From: Candidatus Doudnabacteria bacterium
Lineage (GTDB): Bacteria; Patescibacteriota; Doudnabacteria; UBA920; O2-02-FULL-48-8
Assembly: GCA_016186915.1 (NCBI GenBank)
Contig: JACPKU010000006.1
Span: forward strand, 173,739-237,738
Direction of reading: 5' to 3'
DNA: 64,000 bases
This document shows, piece by piece, positions 49,433 to 58,415 of the stretch. The first letter of the stretch is position 1; every line of letters starts with the position of its first letter. Both the position numbers and the translations under genes were made by a program. The notes beneath the pieces were generated by a model. That model searched no databases. It saw only the letters and a list, made by a program, of their open reading frames with translations, and was not told the DNA's origin.

Positions 49433-49915
49433 TTACGGGATGACCAAGCCAAGCATCTGGGCCAAGGGCGAAGATCCTCGAGCCTTCATTGCCCGCTTTT
49501 CCGCCAGCCGTTCTCGTTCCTCACGCATCTCTCTTTGATCCTCGCATGTCTTGCAACGGATCGCGAAAGGCAACGAGCGCAGGCGAGCTTCGGCAATCTC
49601 ATCACCACAGGACTTGCACTCGCCATAGTCGCCTTTTTGGAGACGGCTCAGGGCAGTGTTTATCAGGCGGAGTGTTCTACACCTCATGGCGGTGAGCTCA
49701 GCGTCGAGGTCATGCTGGGTTTGTCCAGCCGAACATTCTGCCTGGTCGCCTGGTTGGGTATCCCAGGCTTCGCGCCCAGGCTTCAGAGCAGCCATAACTT
49801 CCCGCTGCCGACTCAGCAGAATTTCACCAAGTACACGATTCCGCAAGGTCTCTCTCTCAAACGGCAGGCTCTGCTGCCGACTATCCTTCTTCTTGGCCAT
49901 GATTCCTCCAGTCAT
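49433..49915 (-). CDS. DksA/TraR-family C4 zinc-finger protein, encoded by a GC-rich (about 56%) cassette
   Basis: The zinc-finger block reads CKSCGDEIAEARL...PFAIRCKTCE. The probable start is the second Met, with GGAGG 4 nt upstream. Confidence 0.65.
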   Translation of the reverse strand: MTGGIMAKKKDSRQQSLPFERETLRNRVLGEILLSRQREVMAALKPGREAWDTQPGDQAECSAGQTQHDLDAELTAMRCRTLRLINTALSRLQKGDYGECKSCGDEIAEARLRSLPFAIRCKTCEDQREMREERERLAEKRAMKARGSSPLAQMLGLVIP

Positions 49916-49936
49916 GTTTGGAATATATTATATTAT

Positions 49937-50506
49937 TTACAAAAATTGCGCAATGCTCACGACCACGAAAATTCCTACAGTGTTAAGAGCATATGAAATA
50001 AACAAAAACTGCCAGTGTTTCAATTTGGAAATGCCCAAAAGTCCGATCCCCAATTCATCGGGAAAAGGCGAACTAATAATAATCGCGCCCAACACGGGAG
50101 ACAGCCAAGCGAAGAAAGGTGTGTGAAAAATATGCCTTAGTTTCGAACCAACAGTTTTTAAGAATATGGGGGTCAGTTCTTCGAACACCCGGTCTTGCAA
50201 AAAACGAAAAATAAGATAATCGCCCGCCACAGCGCCCAGTCCGCCGATCAGTGCAATCTGCAAAGGATTGAATGTAGACGCTAATTCTGACAGTACCACG
50301 ATCGCAGGCGCAACTGTAAAAGTAGAAACAAAAAACATCCCAGCTAGAAAAAGGCCGAAATAATCCAGTGCTGCCACCTGCTCGACCACTCCCTGCAGCA
50401 TCCCGTTTCTGCTCAAATCAAAAAGGATCATGAAACTGACCAGAAGAAAGAAAGTATTTTTTAACTGCCAGTGTTTGTATTTGTTTCTATTTAGCGGCTT
50501 GGTCAT
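49937..50506 (-). CDS. Hypothetical polytopic membrane protein
   Basis: Hydrophobicity pattern only. Confidence 0.35.
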   Translation of the reverse strand: MTKPLNRNKYKHWQLKNTFFLLVSFMILFDLSRNGMLQGVVEQVAALDYFGLFLAGMFFVSTFTVAPAIVVLSELASTFNPLQIALIGGLGAVAGDYLIFRFLQDRVFEELTPIFLKTVGSKLRHIFHTPFFAWLSPVLGAIIISSPFPDELGIGLLGISKLKHWQFLFISYALNTVGIFVVVSIAQFL

Positions 50507-50526
50507 ATGTTGATGTTTGTGTTGGG

Positions 50527-51444
50527 TTATCCTCCTGCTTTGCCGGCGGTGTGTATGGTGCGTTGGGGGAACGGGATCTCGATTCCTTCTTTATCAAACG
50601 CGATTTTCAGCCGCTTGCGCAGCTCTCCGGTGACGTCCCATTGCTTGATCGGCTGCGTGTCGCCCAAAATTTTTATCATAATCGCCGAGTCGGCAAAGTC
50701 ATCCACCCGCAAAAACTGCGGTGGCTTGATAATCTTGTCTTTCCAGGCGGGATCTTTGGCCAATTCATGACCCACCCGGTTAACCACTTTGATCACGTGT
50801 TCTAAATCGGAAGCATAGCTGACCCCGATATTTAAATTAACCCGAGCGTAATCTTTGGTCAGGTTCGAGACTTTGTTAATCGCGCCATTGGGAATATGAT
50901 GCACGGTACCATCCAAATCTCTCAAGGTGGTCATCCGCAGGCTGATGCCTTCCACCAAGCCGCAGGTGCCGTCAAAGCACACGACGTCTCCAACCCGATA
51001 CTGGTTTTCCAAAATCATAAACAATCCAGCAATCAGATCGCGAATCAAGTACTGTCCACCAAAGCCGAAAGCTAAACCAGCCACGCCAGCGGCTGCGAGA
51101 ATCGGTCCAATCTCTATTTCCAATTCTTGCAAAATCATTAACGAGGCAATCACCCAAACCAATGTACCGACAGCGCCTCTGGAAATCGCAATCAAAGTAT
51201 CCTCTCGCTTCTTTTCTGACTCTTTGTTCAAAAACTGATCAGGCACTATTAGCCGCCTGATTGCTCGTTCTATTACATTGCCGGCTGTGGCATGCAGAAT
51301 CCAAGCAACAACTATCACTATCAAAATCACTACCCCGTGGTCCAAAAGCCATGGAGTTATGTTTTGTACAAATTCAATCATTGTTTTTTGGTTGATTGTG
51401 TGACCAGCAATCAGGACACTTGTGCGCGTCCTCTGGCCACTCAC
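50527..51444 (-). CDS. mscS: Mechanosensitive channel of small conductance (MscS family)
   Basis: It has the MscS beta-domain blocks VGDVVCFDGTCGLVEGISLRMTTLRDLDGT...IPNGAI. The true start is probably the internal MIEFVQN at about 51381. Confidence 0.75.
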   Translation of the reverse strand: MSGQRTRTSVLIAGHTINQKTMIEFVQNITPWLLDHGVVILIVIVVAWILHATAGNVIERAIRRLIVPDQFLNKESEKKREDTLIAISRGAVGTLVWVIASLMILQELEIEIGPILAAAGVAGLAFGFGGQYLIRDLIAGLFMILENQYRVGDVVCFDGTCGLVEGISLRMTTLRDLDGTVHHIPNGAINKVSNLTKDYARVNLNIGVSYASDLEHVIKVVNRVGHELAKDPAWKDKIIKPPQFLRVDDFADSAIMIKILGDTQPIKQWDVTGELRKRLKIAFDKEGIEIPFPQRTIHTAGKAGG

Positions 51445-51465
51445 AACCGCAATCAGGACATTTTT
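51405..51465 (-). promoter_or_regulatory. 12 bp direct repeat TGTCCTGATTGC (two copies, 45 nt apart) upstream of mscS
   Basis: On the minus strand it reads AAAAAATGTCCTGATTGCGG...AAGTGTCCTGATTGCTGG. It is a possible operator pair. Confidence 0.3.
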
Positions 51466-51585
51466 TCGCTTTTTCTTCTGGCATATGTTAACAATTTTTA
51501 TCTACTTAAATTATAACACATTCTTACTTTTACAACGCAGCTAATGTTGAAAAAAGTCCAAATTTTTGCTATATTTAAGACGATT

Positions 51586-51660
51586 TGGGGAGTAGCCAAG
51601 CGGTAAGGCAGGGGCCTTTGAAGCCCCCATTCGTAGGTTCGATCCCTACCTCCCCAGCCA
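51586..51660 (+). tRNA. tRNA-Gln (anticodon TTG)
   Basis: The sequence is TGGGGAGTAGCCAAGCGGTAAGGCAGGGGCCTTTGAAGCCCCCATTCGTAGGTTCGATCCCTACCTCCCCAGCCA. It has a U1-A72 pair, as in bacterial tRNA-Gln. Confidence 0.85.
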
Positions 51661-51666
51661 AATACA

Positions 51667-51690
51667 AAGCCCGGCAAGGCTTTTTTAATT
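51667..51690 (+). terminator. Intrinsic terminator after tRNA-Gln
   Basis: The sequence is AAGCC-CGGCA-AGGCTT followed by TTTTTT. Confidence 0.6.
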
Positions 51691-51720
51691 AACGTCATTG
51701 ACAAAAAGTCAGGAGGACCA

Positions 51721-52257
51721 ATGACAGGCAAATTCGATCGCATCTTCCGCGGGGTGGCTGATCAAGGCAACCTCTCAGGGGTGCTTGAGGCCCTGCGGCT
51801 TCACGACCGCACAGATCTCGAACTAGAGCGGTTTCTCGATGTCGTCACAACCCAAAGCACCCGCTGCGTGGCAGAGGGTTGTACGGCAGACATGAATCGA
51901 GCGCAAGCGTTTGCCATGCTCGCTTCATCGGACGAGCTGATTGTCGGGTGCCGCGACGACATCTCTCTGTTCGCCGGATTTGACGCAGATCGCCCGTTCG
52001 TCCATGCCCCAGCGCTCTTCCTCGAGATCGGCAAGGTCATGGACGCCCGGAAGAAGGCGAGAAACGAAGCGCGTGACAAGCTCTTTGCCAGATACCGGGA
52101 CTACCTGGTCAAGATCCGCGGGGTCCCAAAGCCCGAGATCACCAACGACCTGATCGAGAAAGAGCTGAAGGAAAAAGGCTATCTCGACGAAGCCGGCAAC
52201 CCGCGAGAGAAGGTGTCTCGAACCACGACGGTTACAGCGACCACGCTTCGGCGTTGA
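51721..52257 (+). CDS. Hypothetical 178 aa protein in a GC-rich (about 58%) single-gene cassette with its own TTGACA box, strong SD and terminator
   Basis: Upstream sequence reads TTGACAaaaagtcAGGAGGaccaATG. The protein shows no family recognisable by eye. Confidence 0.5.
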   Translation: MTGKFDRIFRGVADQGNLSGVLEALRLHDRTDLELERFLDVVTTQSTRCVAEGCTADMNRAQAFAMLASSDELIVGCRDDISLFAGFDADRPFVHAPALFLEIGKVMDARKKARNEARDKLFARYRDYLVKIRGVPKPEITNDLIEKELKEKGYLDEAGNPREKVSRTTTVTATTLRR

Positions 52258-52284
52258 CTCGAGTTAGATCCGATGAATACAAAG

Positions 52285-52325
52285 CACGGTTACAGCTGCG
52301 GGCTGAACCGTGCCTTTTTTTAGTT
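52285..52325 (+). terminator. Intrinsic terminator after the GC-rich ORF
   Basis: The sequence is GCACGGTT-(14 nt loop)-AACCGTGC followed by CTTTTTTT. Confidence 0.6.
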
Positions 52326-52377
52326 TTCTTATCAGGAAACCCCTGAGCAAAACTTCGGGGTTGTTTTTTTATTCCAG

Positions 52378-53853
52378 CTACTCCACTTCCCCGCCCATGA
52401 TTTTCAGGGCAGATTCAACCAGTTCTTCCTCATTGTTGTTATCATCTTCCTGTTCATTCTTCAAAATTGGTTTAACCATTAACTTAGCGCCGATCACTTC
52501 CTCTATCGCTTGATCAACCACGATTCTGTTCTTTCGCGCCTCAATCGCATCTTTATGAAATCGGTATGGAAAGACCAAGACCAGTTCAGAGCCAACAACT
52601 GCGACTGGCTCTGCCAGCTTTAGGCTTGAGATGAGAGAGTGGTTATAATCTTTAACTTTTTCCAAAATTTGCTTCCAATGAGTTTGTACAAGACTAAGAG
52701 TGTCACTATTACTTCTTGCGTTTACAGCTGGCGCTGGCTCTTGTTTTGATTCTAAAACTGGTAACGCATTGGGCGACGGCGCTGTCGCTTCCACAACTGC
52801 AACCTCCAAAGGAAGCGCCGGAATGCTCGCCCATTTCAATTCACTCTCTGCTTTTTGAAAAATCTTGATAATGCTCGTGATTTCGTCCAGACTTTGAGCA
52901 TCTGCTTGAGCTTGCAGTTTTTCCCTCGTCTCTGCGGTAAGCGAATGCCCCTCCAAACTGCCTATTTTAGTAAGCAGTACTTTTCTCAAATATTCCAGCA
53001 GATCCTTCTGAAACTGATACAAATCAGCGCCGGAGTAAGTTAGGTTGGAGATAAAATTGACTGCTTCTTTGGTTTGTCTCTGGATTAACAGATCCAAAAA
53101 TTTGGCTATGACACTACTACCGGTCAGCCCCAAGATGTTCTGAACAGTTCCTTCAGAAATGGGGCCTTCTTCGTAATTTAGCAACTGGTCCAGCAGGGAA
53201 AGACCGTCTCGGAAGCTTCCGTCTGCGGCCTCGGCCAGCTCAACCAAGGCTTCTTGAGTGATTTCGCGCTTACTGTCTTCGGTCACGTATTTTAGAAGCT
53301 TGACCAAATCCGCGATAGAGATTTTTCGAAAATCAAACCGCTGCGTCCTGGAAACAATGGTCGCGGGCACTTTATGAATCTCTGTGGTGGCCAAAACAAA
53401 AATCGCGTGCGCTGGCGGCTCTTCCAAACTTTTCAAAAGCGCGTTGAACGCGCCTTTGGACAGCATGTGCACCTCGTCAATAATGATCACTTTATATCGA
53501 GACCGGCTTGGGGCAAATTTCAGATGCTCAATAATTTCTCGAATGTTATCAACGCCGGTGTGCGAGGCGGCGTCAATCTCTAAAATATCCAGCGAAGTCC
53601 CATTTAACAATTGGGTGCAGACCTCGCAATTGTTGCAAGGCTCTCCCCTGTCAGGCCGCAGACAATTTACTGAACGCGAAAAAATTCTGGCGATGGTGGT
53701 TTTGCCCACTCCTCTGGGGCCTGTAAAAAGATAGGCGTGGCCAATCCGCTCATTTTTTACGGCATTAACCAGCGTGGATTTGATATGCTCTTGATTAATC
53801 ACCTGAGCAAAATTCAGCGGCCGGTATTTTCGATATAAGACTAAATTAGGCAT
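52378..53853 (-). CDS. dnaX: DNA polymerase III subunit gamma/tau
   Basis: It has an AAA+ clamp-loader N-terminus (GPRGVGKTTIARIF, Walker B IIDEVHMLS, sensor SRTQRF). Confidence 0.85.
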   Translation of the reverse strand: MPNLVLYRKYRPLNFAQVINQEHIKSTLVNAVKNERIGHAYLFTGPRGVGKTTIARIFSRSVNCLRPDRGEPCNNCEVCTQLLNGTSLDILEIDAASHTGVDNIREIIEHLKFAPSRSRYKVIIIDEVHMLSKGAFNALLKSLEEPPAHAIFVLATTEIHKVPATIVSRTQRFDFRKISIADLVKLLKYVTEDSKREITQEALVELAEAADGSFRDGLSLLDQLLNYEEGPISEGTVQNILGLTGSSVIAKFLDLLIQRQTKEAVNFISNLTYSGADLYQFQKDLLEYLRKVLLTKIGSLEGHSLTAETREKLQAQADAQSLDEITSIIKIFQKAESELKWASIPALPLEVAVVEATAPSPNALPVLESKQEPAPAVNARSNSDTLSLVQTHWKQILEKVKDYNHSLISSLKLAEPVAVVGSELVLVFPYRFHKDAIEARKNRIVVDQAIEEVIGAKLMVKPILKNEQEDDNNNEEELVESALKIMGGEVE

Positions 53854-53859
53854 GCCTTT

Positions 53860-53915
53860 CTAAATACTAAATACTAAATACTAAATACTATATACTATAT
53901 ACTAAATAACAATCG
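53860..53915. repeat. Tandem heptamer repeat (AATACTA / TATACTA, about 7 units) upstream of dnaX
   Basis: The sequence reads aaatactaaatactaaatactaaatactatatactatatactaaat. Confidence 0.6.
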
Positions 53916-53924
53916 AGCTTTATT

Positions 53925-53960
53925 CTAGCACAAACAAAAAAGGGCTGACAGCCCTTAATT
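53925..53960 (-). terminator. Intrinsic terminator after the 201 aa ORF
   Basis: The minus strand reads AAGGGCUGUCAGCCCUUUUUUGUUUG. Confidence 0.55.
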
Positions 53961-53971
53961 TTGATTATGAA

Positions 53972-54577
53972 CTATGTCTCTTCCAATTCTTTCTCCTCGC
54001 CGTCATCATCGTCAGAGTCGTCATCACTATAGCTCTCGTCTCCGCCGCTGCCGCTTTTGATGACATTTTCCACCGCGCCCCAATCGGCGTCCTTGTCTTT
54101 CGGTAGCACTATGGTCACCTGATCTCCCGGTTCTGCCTTAAAATAAGTCAAGCTTGCCAGTAAAACTTTATAAGTCTTGCCCTCGGCCACCACTTGATAT
54201 TCGCCCTTCTCGTCCTGAGACAGCATCCCCAAAACTTTCTTTCGCTCGATCGGCCCGATTTGTTTGTAGATAAATGACCCGTCATCAGCTATGGTCAATT
54301 TCAAAACATCACCTTCCACCAGCTTGCTTTTGGAGGCGTAATTGGCCGGCACCGGATACTGCTTGCCGTCTGGGCCGATCATGTTTTGCCCGTCAAACAC
54401 GCCCTCAATGATTTTACCGCCCGGCATAACCGAAAGATCTTGGGCCTTTTTTGCAAGTTCTTTAGTATCAAGTTTGCCGCCCAAAATTTCGCGCAAAAGC
54501 TGTTTGGCTGATTGAATATTTTTCTCAGCCGAATCAATCATCTGCGCAATTAGGGCAAGATTGGTCAAGTTATTCAT
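53972..54577 (-). CDS. Hypothetical protein with a conserved GxFDGxNMxGPDGKxYxVPANYASKSKLV block and a poly-acidic C-terminal tail
   Basis: It is 201 aa. I do not recognise the family. Confidence 0.4.
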   Translation of the reverse strand: MNNLTNLALIAQMIDSAEKNIQSAKQLLREILGGKLDTKELAKKAQDLSVMPGGKIIEGVFDGQNMIGPDGKQYPVPANYASKSKLVEGDVLKLTIADDGSFIYKQIGPIERKKVLGMLSQDEKGEYQVVAEGKTYKVLLASLTYFKAEPGDQVTIVLPKDKDADWGAVENVIKSGSGGDESYSDDDSDDDDGEEKELEET

Positions 54578-54677
54578 ATTGTTTTATCCACACCTTTTAT
54601 TTTCGTTTCTATTGGAGTAAGCCTATATTTGAAGTAAAAACATTATAGCAAACTTATGCCTGACTTCGCAAGTCTGA

Positions 54678-54896
54678 TCATAGAATCTGATCTGCCAGCC
54701 AGGCCGCAAACGACTTCAAAGTCTGGACAAACGTGCGCTTCCCATCACTGTTCTCCAGATATTGGGCGGCTTTTGCTCTGAGCTCTGGTGTTTCCTTTGT
54801 TTCTCGTTTTTCCGAAACAGCTTGCTCGGTTTCAGCAGTAGATTCCGGAGTTTCTGCCCGCTGTTCAATTGGATCTAATGGATCTGCGTTTTGCAT
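54678..54896 (-). CDS. Hypothetical acidic 72 aa protein
   Basis: The ORF overlaps the next gene by 32 nt. There is no homology evidence. Confidence 0.3.
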   Translation of the reverse strand: MQNADPLDPIEQRAETPESTAETEQAVSEKRETKETPELRAKAAQYLENSDGKRTFVQTLKSFAAWLADQIL

Positions 54897-55311
54897 CTTT
54901 GTTTAAGACAAATTGTCTAAACTCTGGGAATTGTCCCATAAGCTTTTCTACATCCGCCCCGTCCTTAGTTGCCGCCTCGGTAATTTCTGCGGCCAGCATC
55001 GGATTCTGAGGCAGAAACTCAACCGTGAATTCTCTGACCAAATCAGTTAATCGTTCGTCTTCGGCAGCCACAGCATTCATATATACCCGCGGCTCAAGTC
55101 CGGCCATATATTCCTGATCGCGGGCAAGTTCTTTGATTAATTTTAAAGCATCCTGCTCGGTTTCCACAAGCCTCAAATTGCTGGCAACAGTTTCTGTGAG
55201 TTCACGCGCCTGATTTAAATTCATTCTATCCTCTCTTAATTCTTCCGCGGCAAATAAACAAACTTCTCTGGCTAAATTTTCTTGGCTTGTTTCTATTTTG
55301 GTCTCTGACAT
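54865..55311 (-). CDS. Hypothetical 148 aa protein
   Basis: ORF only. Confidence 0.35.
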   Translation of the reverse strand: MSETKIETSQENLAREVCLFAAEELREDRMNLNQARELTETVASNLRLVETEQDALKLIKELARDQEYMAGLEPRVYMNAVAAEDERLTDLVREFTVEFLPQNPMLAAEITEAATKDGADVEKLMGQFPEFRQFVLNKDAKRRSIRSN

Positions 55312-55331
55312 AGATTATGTTCAATCTTATT

Positions 55332-57863
55332 TTATCCTGTCCTTTCAGTGGATGCAATACCGCTTTTTACAGGCGAGCCGAGTCGAGTACGCCTTAAAAT
55401 TTCTTCTTCTACCTCGGACTTGGGACGTCCGTATTTTAACTTGGAAAGATTCTTGATTGTTTGAGCCACTCGCGGATCGCCTTGAGTCGGTTTCGGATAA
55501 GTTTCCATGCTGAAAGGGCGGGACGCGGTGCCGTCAATCATAAGTTTGACGTAAGCATTGTATCTGTCAATATTGACAACATCAAATTCGTTAAACACCG
55601 GAGCAAACTCCTTGCCCATAATTTCCGCATCCTCTACCCCGATGCGAAAAGTAATCATAGTGCCGGCATTGCCAAACACCGCGTCTCGCATCCGGCTGTC
55701 CAAAGTATTGCTTCCTTCTTTTTCTGTGGTGAGCTGGGAAATAAACTGATGGGCCATAATCAAATCCAGCCGATATTTTCTGGCCTCAGACAAAATCGTG
55801 GCAAAGCTGTCTGTGACAAAATTTTGAAACTCATCCACATACAGATAGAAGTCCCGTCTTTGATCTTCCGGCTGATCAGCGCGCGACATCGCCGCCATCT
55901 GGAGCTTAGAAACGACAATCAACCCCAAAAGTTTGGCGTTGACCTCGCCGGTCTTGCCTTTGGAAAGGTTGATCAGCAATATCTTGCCTTCATCCATGAC
56001 CTTGCGGAAATCAAACGAGCTGGTGGGCTGGCCGATGATGTTGCGCATCATTTCGTTTTCCACAAATCTGCCGACTTTGGAAATCAAATACCCCAACATT
56101 TCGGACTTGTGAAAGTCCGAAGTTTTCGCCATTTCTTTTTCCCAAAACGCCCGCACCACTGGATCTTGAACTTTCGAAAGCTTGTAGCGCTGAAAAGCGG
56201 TGTCTGTAAACATCCTAGGGATATCCGCGATGGTTCCCGGATTTTGTTTGTCTTCCAAAAGCGTGAGCATGACGTTGCGCATATTATGCTCAAACATCGG
56301 CCCAATCATTTCCGGCGGGAACAGCTTATAAAAAATCGAGATCATTTCCTGAATTACGAAATCTTTTTGCTCCGCTCCTTTGGCTTCCAGCATATTAAGC
56401 CCCACCGGCCGATCAAGATCAAACGGTTCAAACAAAATCACGTCGTCCGCGCGCTCTTTGGGGATGTATGAAAGCAGGTCGTCCACCAGATCGCCGTGCG
56501 GATCCACCACGCACAACCCTTCGCCTTGGCGAATGTCCTGAATCGCCAGGTTTTTCATCAGTTCGGTTTTGCCCGTCCCAGTGCGGCCAATAATATACAT
56601 GTGTCTTCTACGGTCATCGTGTTTGATGTACACTTTTGTCTCCACTCCGCGGTAAAGGCTTTTGCCCAAAAGCAATCCTTCCTCCGGCAGATTATGAGGC
56701 GGCACGCCCTTTTTTGAACCCAGCCACTTGATATGCGGCGTTTCCGTGAATCGGGTTGGCAAATGCCAGATGCTGGCCAGTTCTTCGGTGTTCAGGATTT
56801 CCCTGCTTCCCCGAAAAATCCGAAAAATAAAATCAGTCACCACCCGCTTAACTGGTTTATGTTTGACCTTAAATCCGTTAAACGGCGGCATGGAATATTG
56901 CATAAACGAGGAGAGAATGTTTTTCAGATGCGCCTGCGCCGCTCCCTCACTGCTCGAAGAGGCGACTAATCTTAAATTATACGTAAACCCGGCTCGCGAG
57001 GCTTTTTCCTCAAAACGTTTGACAATCTCCTGCTGCATCGGGGTGAGCGTCAGAGGTTTTTGCCTTGAGTTTTGTGGCAAAAGGTCTGTTTGGCTTTTCT
57101 TTTTTCCGGACAGCAATTCGTTAAACGCGTTTCCTAAAACATCAAAAGTATTTAAAACAAATTTTTGGCTGCCGCTGGCTGTAACTCTGCCCGGATCCTT
57201 GCCCTGTTGTATCTGCGAAGCCAAGCGCCTGGGTTTTGCCTGCCAGTTGCTGCCCGCGGGGCTGATAATCAGTTGAATTGCCGCCCCTTCATCCTCGGTC
57301 AACTTGGAGAGGCTGTTGGTTAAAGAATTGAGCGGGTCGGTTTCTGTCTCTTTGTAAGTGCGGATAGGAAAAATGTAGTTTTTCTGCAGTCCCAGCTCCA
57401 CGGCCGCCACTGCAGAGTCCGGTTTAAAAAGTTTGTATGGTTTGATCGTTTCTATCTGGGCAGTTGGATATTGCGCGTGCAGTTGTTTTTCAATCAATGC
57501 TTGAAGTTTCTTTGGTACATTCAAATAAAACGAAATTTTCTTGCCAACTGCCGCAATCTCCAAGCTGATATTCTCATTAATGCCCAAAAGACGGTTGAGG
57601 TCTCCTTTTTCCCTGACATCCGCAATGGTTGTAAAAAATTGCTCAGCAATGCTGATTACGTCCTTCTCTTCTTTTTTAGGATCATTGTCCTTTGCCTCGC
57701 TTTCTTTGGGAACCTGCACCTCCAAAAACACAGAATTTTTTATTCGGGGCACCCAGCCTTTTTTGCGCGTAGATTCCTCAATTAAAAAATACAAAAGCAG
57801 GCCGACCAAAATAAGTATGGCGACTAATAACAACCAGAAAAAAACAATGGCGGCACTAGACAT
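55332..57863 (-). CDS. Membrane-anchored TraD/TraG/VirD4-family (type IV coupling-protein-like, FtsK/HerA-class) P-loop ATPase
   Basis: It has an N-terminal transmembrane segment, a Walker A (HMYIIGRTGTGKTELMKN), a Walker B (FYLYVDEFQNF) and a TraD-like C-terminus. It is 843 aa. Confidence 0.6.
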   Translation of the reverse strand: MSSAAIVFFWLLLVAILILVGLLLYFLIEESTRKKGWVPRIKNSVFLEVQVPKESEAKDNDPKKEEKDVISIAEQFFTTIADVREKGDLNRLLGINENISLEIAAVGKKISFYLNVPKKLQALIEKQLHAQYPTAQIETIKPYKLFKPDSAVAAVELGLQKNYIFPIRTYKETETDPLNSLTNSLSKLTEDEGAAIQLIISPAGSNWQAKPRRLASQIQQGKDPGRVTASGSQKFVLNTFDVLGNAFNELLSGKKKSQTDLLPQNSRQKPLTLTPMQQEIVKRFEEKASRAGFTYNLRLVASSSSEGAAQAHLKNILSSFMQYSMPPFNGFKVKHKPVKRVVTDFIFRIFRGSREILNTEELASIWHLPTRFTETPHIKWLGSKKGVPPHNLPEEGLLLGKSLYRGVETKVYIKHDDRRRHMYIIGRTGTGKTELMKNLAIQDIRQGEGLCVVDPHGDLVDDLLSYIPKERADDVILFEPFDLDRPVGLNMLEAKGAEQKDFVIQEMISIFYKLFPPEMIGPMFEHNMRNVMLTLLEDKQNPGTIADIPRMFTDTAFQRYKLSKVQDPVVRAFWEKEMAKTSDFHKSEMLGYLISKVGRFVENEMMRNIIGQPTSSFDFRKVMDEGKILLINLSKGKTGEVNAKLLGLIVVSKLQMAAMSRADQPEDQRRDFYLYVDEFQNFVTDSFATILSEARKYRLDLIMAHQFISQLTTEKEGSNTLDSRMRDAVFGNAGTMITFRIGVEDAEIMGKEFAPVFNEFDVVNIDRYNAYVKLMIDGTASRPFSMETYPKPTQGDPRVAQTIKNLSKLKYGRPKSEVEEEILRRTRLGSPVKSGIASTERTG

Positions 57864-57888
57864 TATTTATTTTAATTGTGTTGATTTC

Positions 57889-58257
57889 TTAAGCTTCGGG
57901 TCTCTCTTCTGCTGGTGTTTCATCTCCTTCTTGCGTTACTTGAACCATTAGATCTTCTAATTTAGAAGGATTAAATTCTCCATTCTGTAACCGGGCATTG
58001 CCAATTATCTCGTTCAATTTATCTTTATCAAGCTTTGGCTGCTGTAAACCACGCTCGGCTTCTCTGCTTGTCTGTGACTGAGGCAACTCATAGGGCTCCA
58101 CAGGCGCGGGCTTAAATTCAGGTACTGCAACCGTAGAGCCAGTTTCCATTGGGTTGTACTCTTCTGGACGGACGCCATGAAATTCGACCTCTGGTTTGGG
58201 GCCTTTTATAAATCCTGGTTCTCCCTCTGCTGGTTGTTTTCTCATTGGTTTTAACAT
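57889..58257 (-). CDS. Hypothetical Pro/Glu-rich 122 aa protein
   Basis: ORF only. Confidence 0.3.
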   Translation of the reverse strand: MLKPMRKQPAEGEPGFIKGPKPEVEFHGVRPEEYNPMETGSTVAVPEFKPAPVEPYELPQSQTSREAERGLQQPKLDKDKLNEIIGNARLQNGEFNPSKLEDLMVQVTQEGDETPAEERPEA

Positions 58258-58415
58258 AACGAGCTATTATATCCTGGTTTTGTGTTTGTGTCAAAGCCTA
58301 TAATGTACCCCAAAATTATACCACGTTTACCCTCACTTTGACAAATCGGCCAAAAAATTGTTAAACTATGATTAAGTTATTTACAACTTGAAACAAAATT
58401 CATTCACAAGAATAA

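Noticed and set aside
53860-53915. CRISPR array.
   Set aside because: These are heptamer tandem repeats without spacers. No cas genes are present, and no other repeat-spacer structure occurs in the window.
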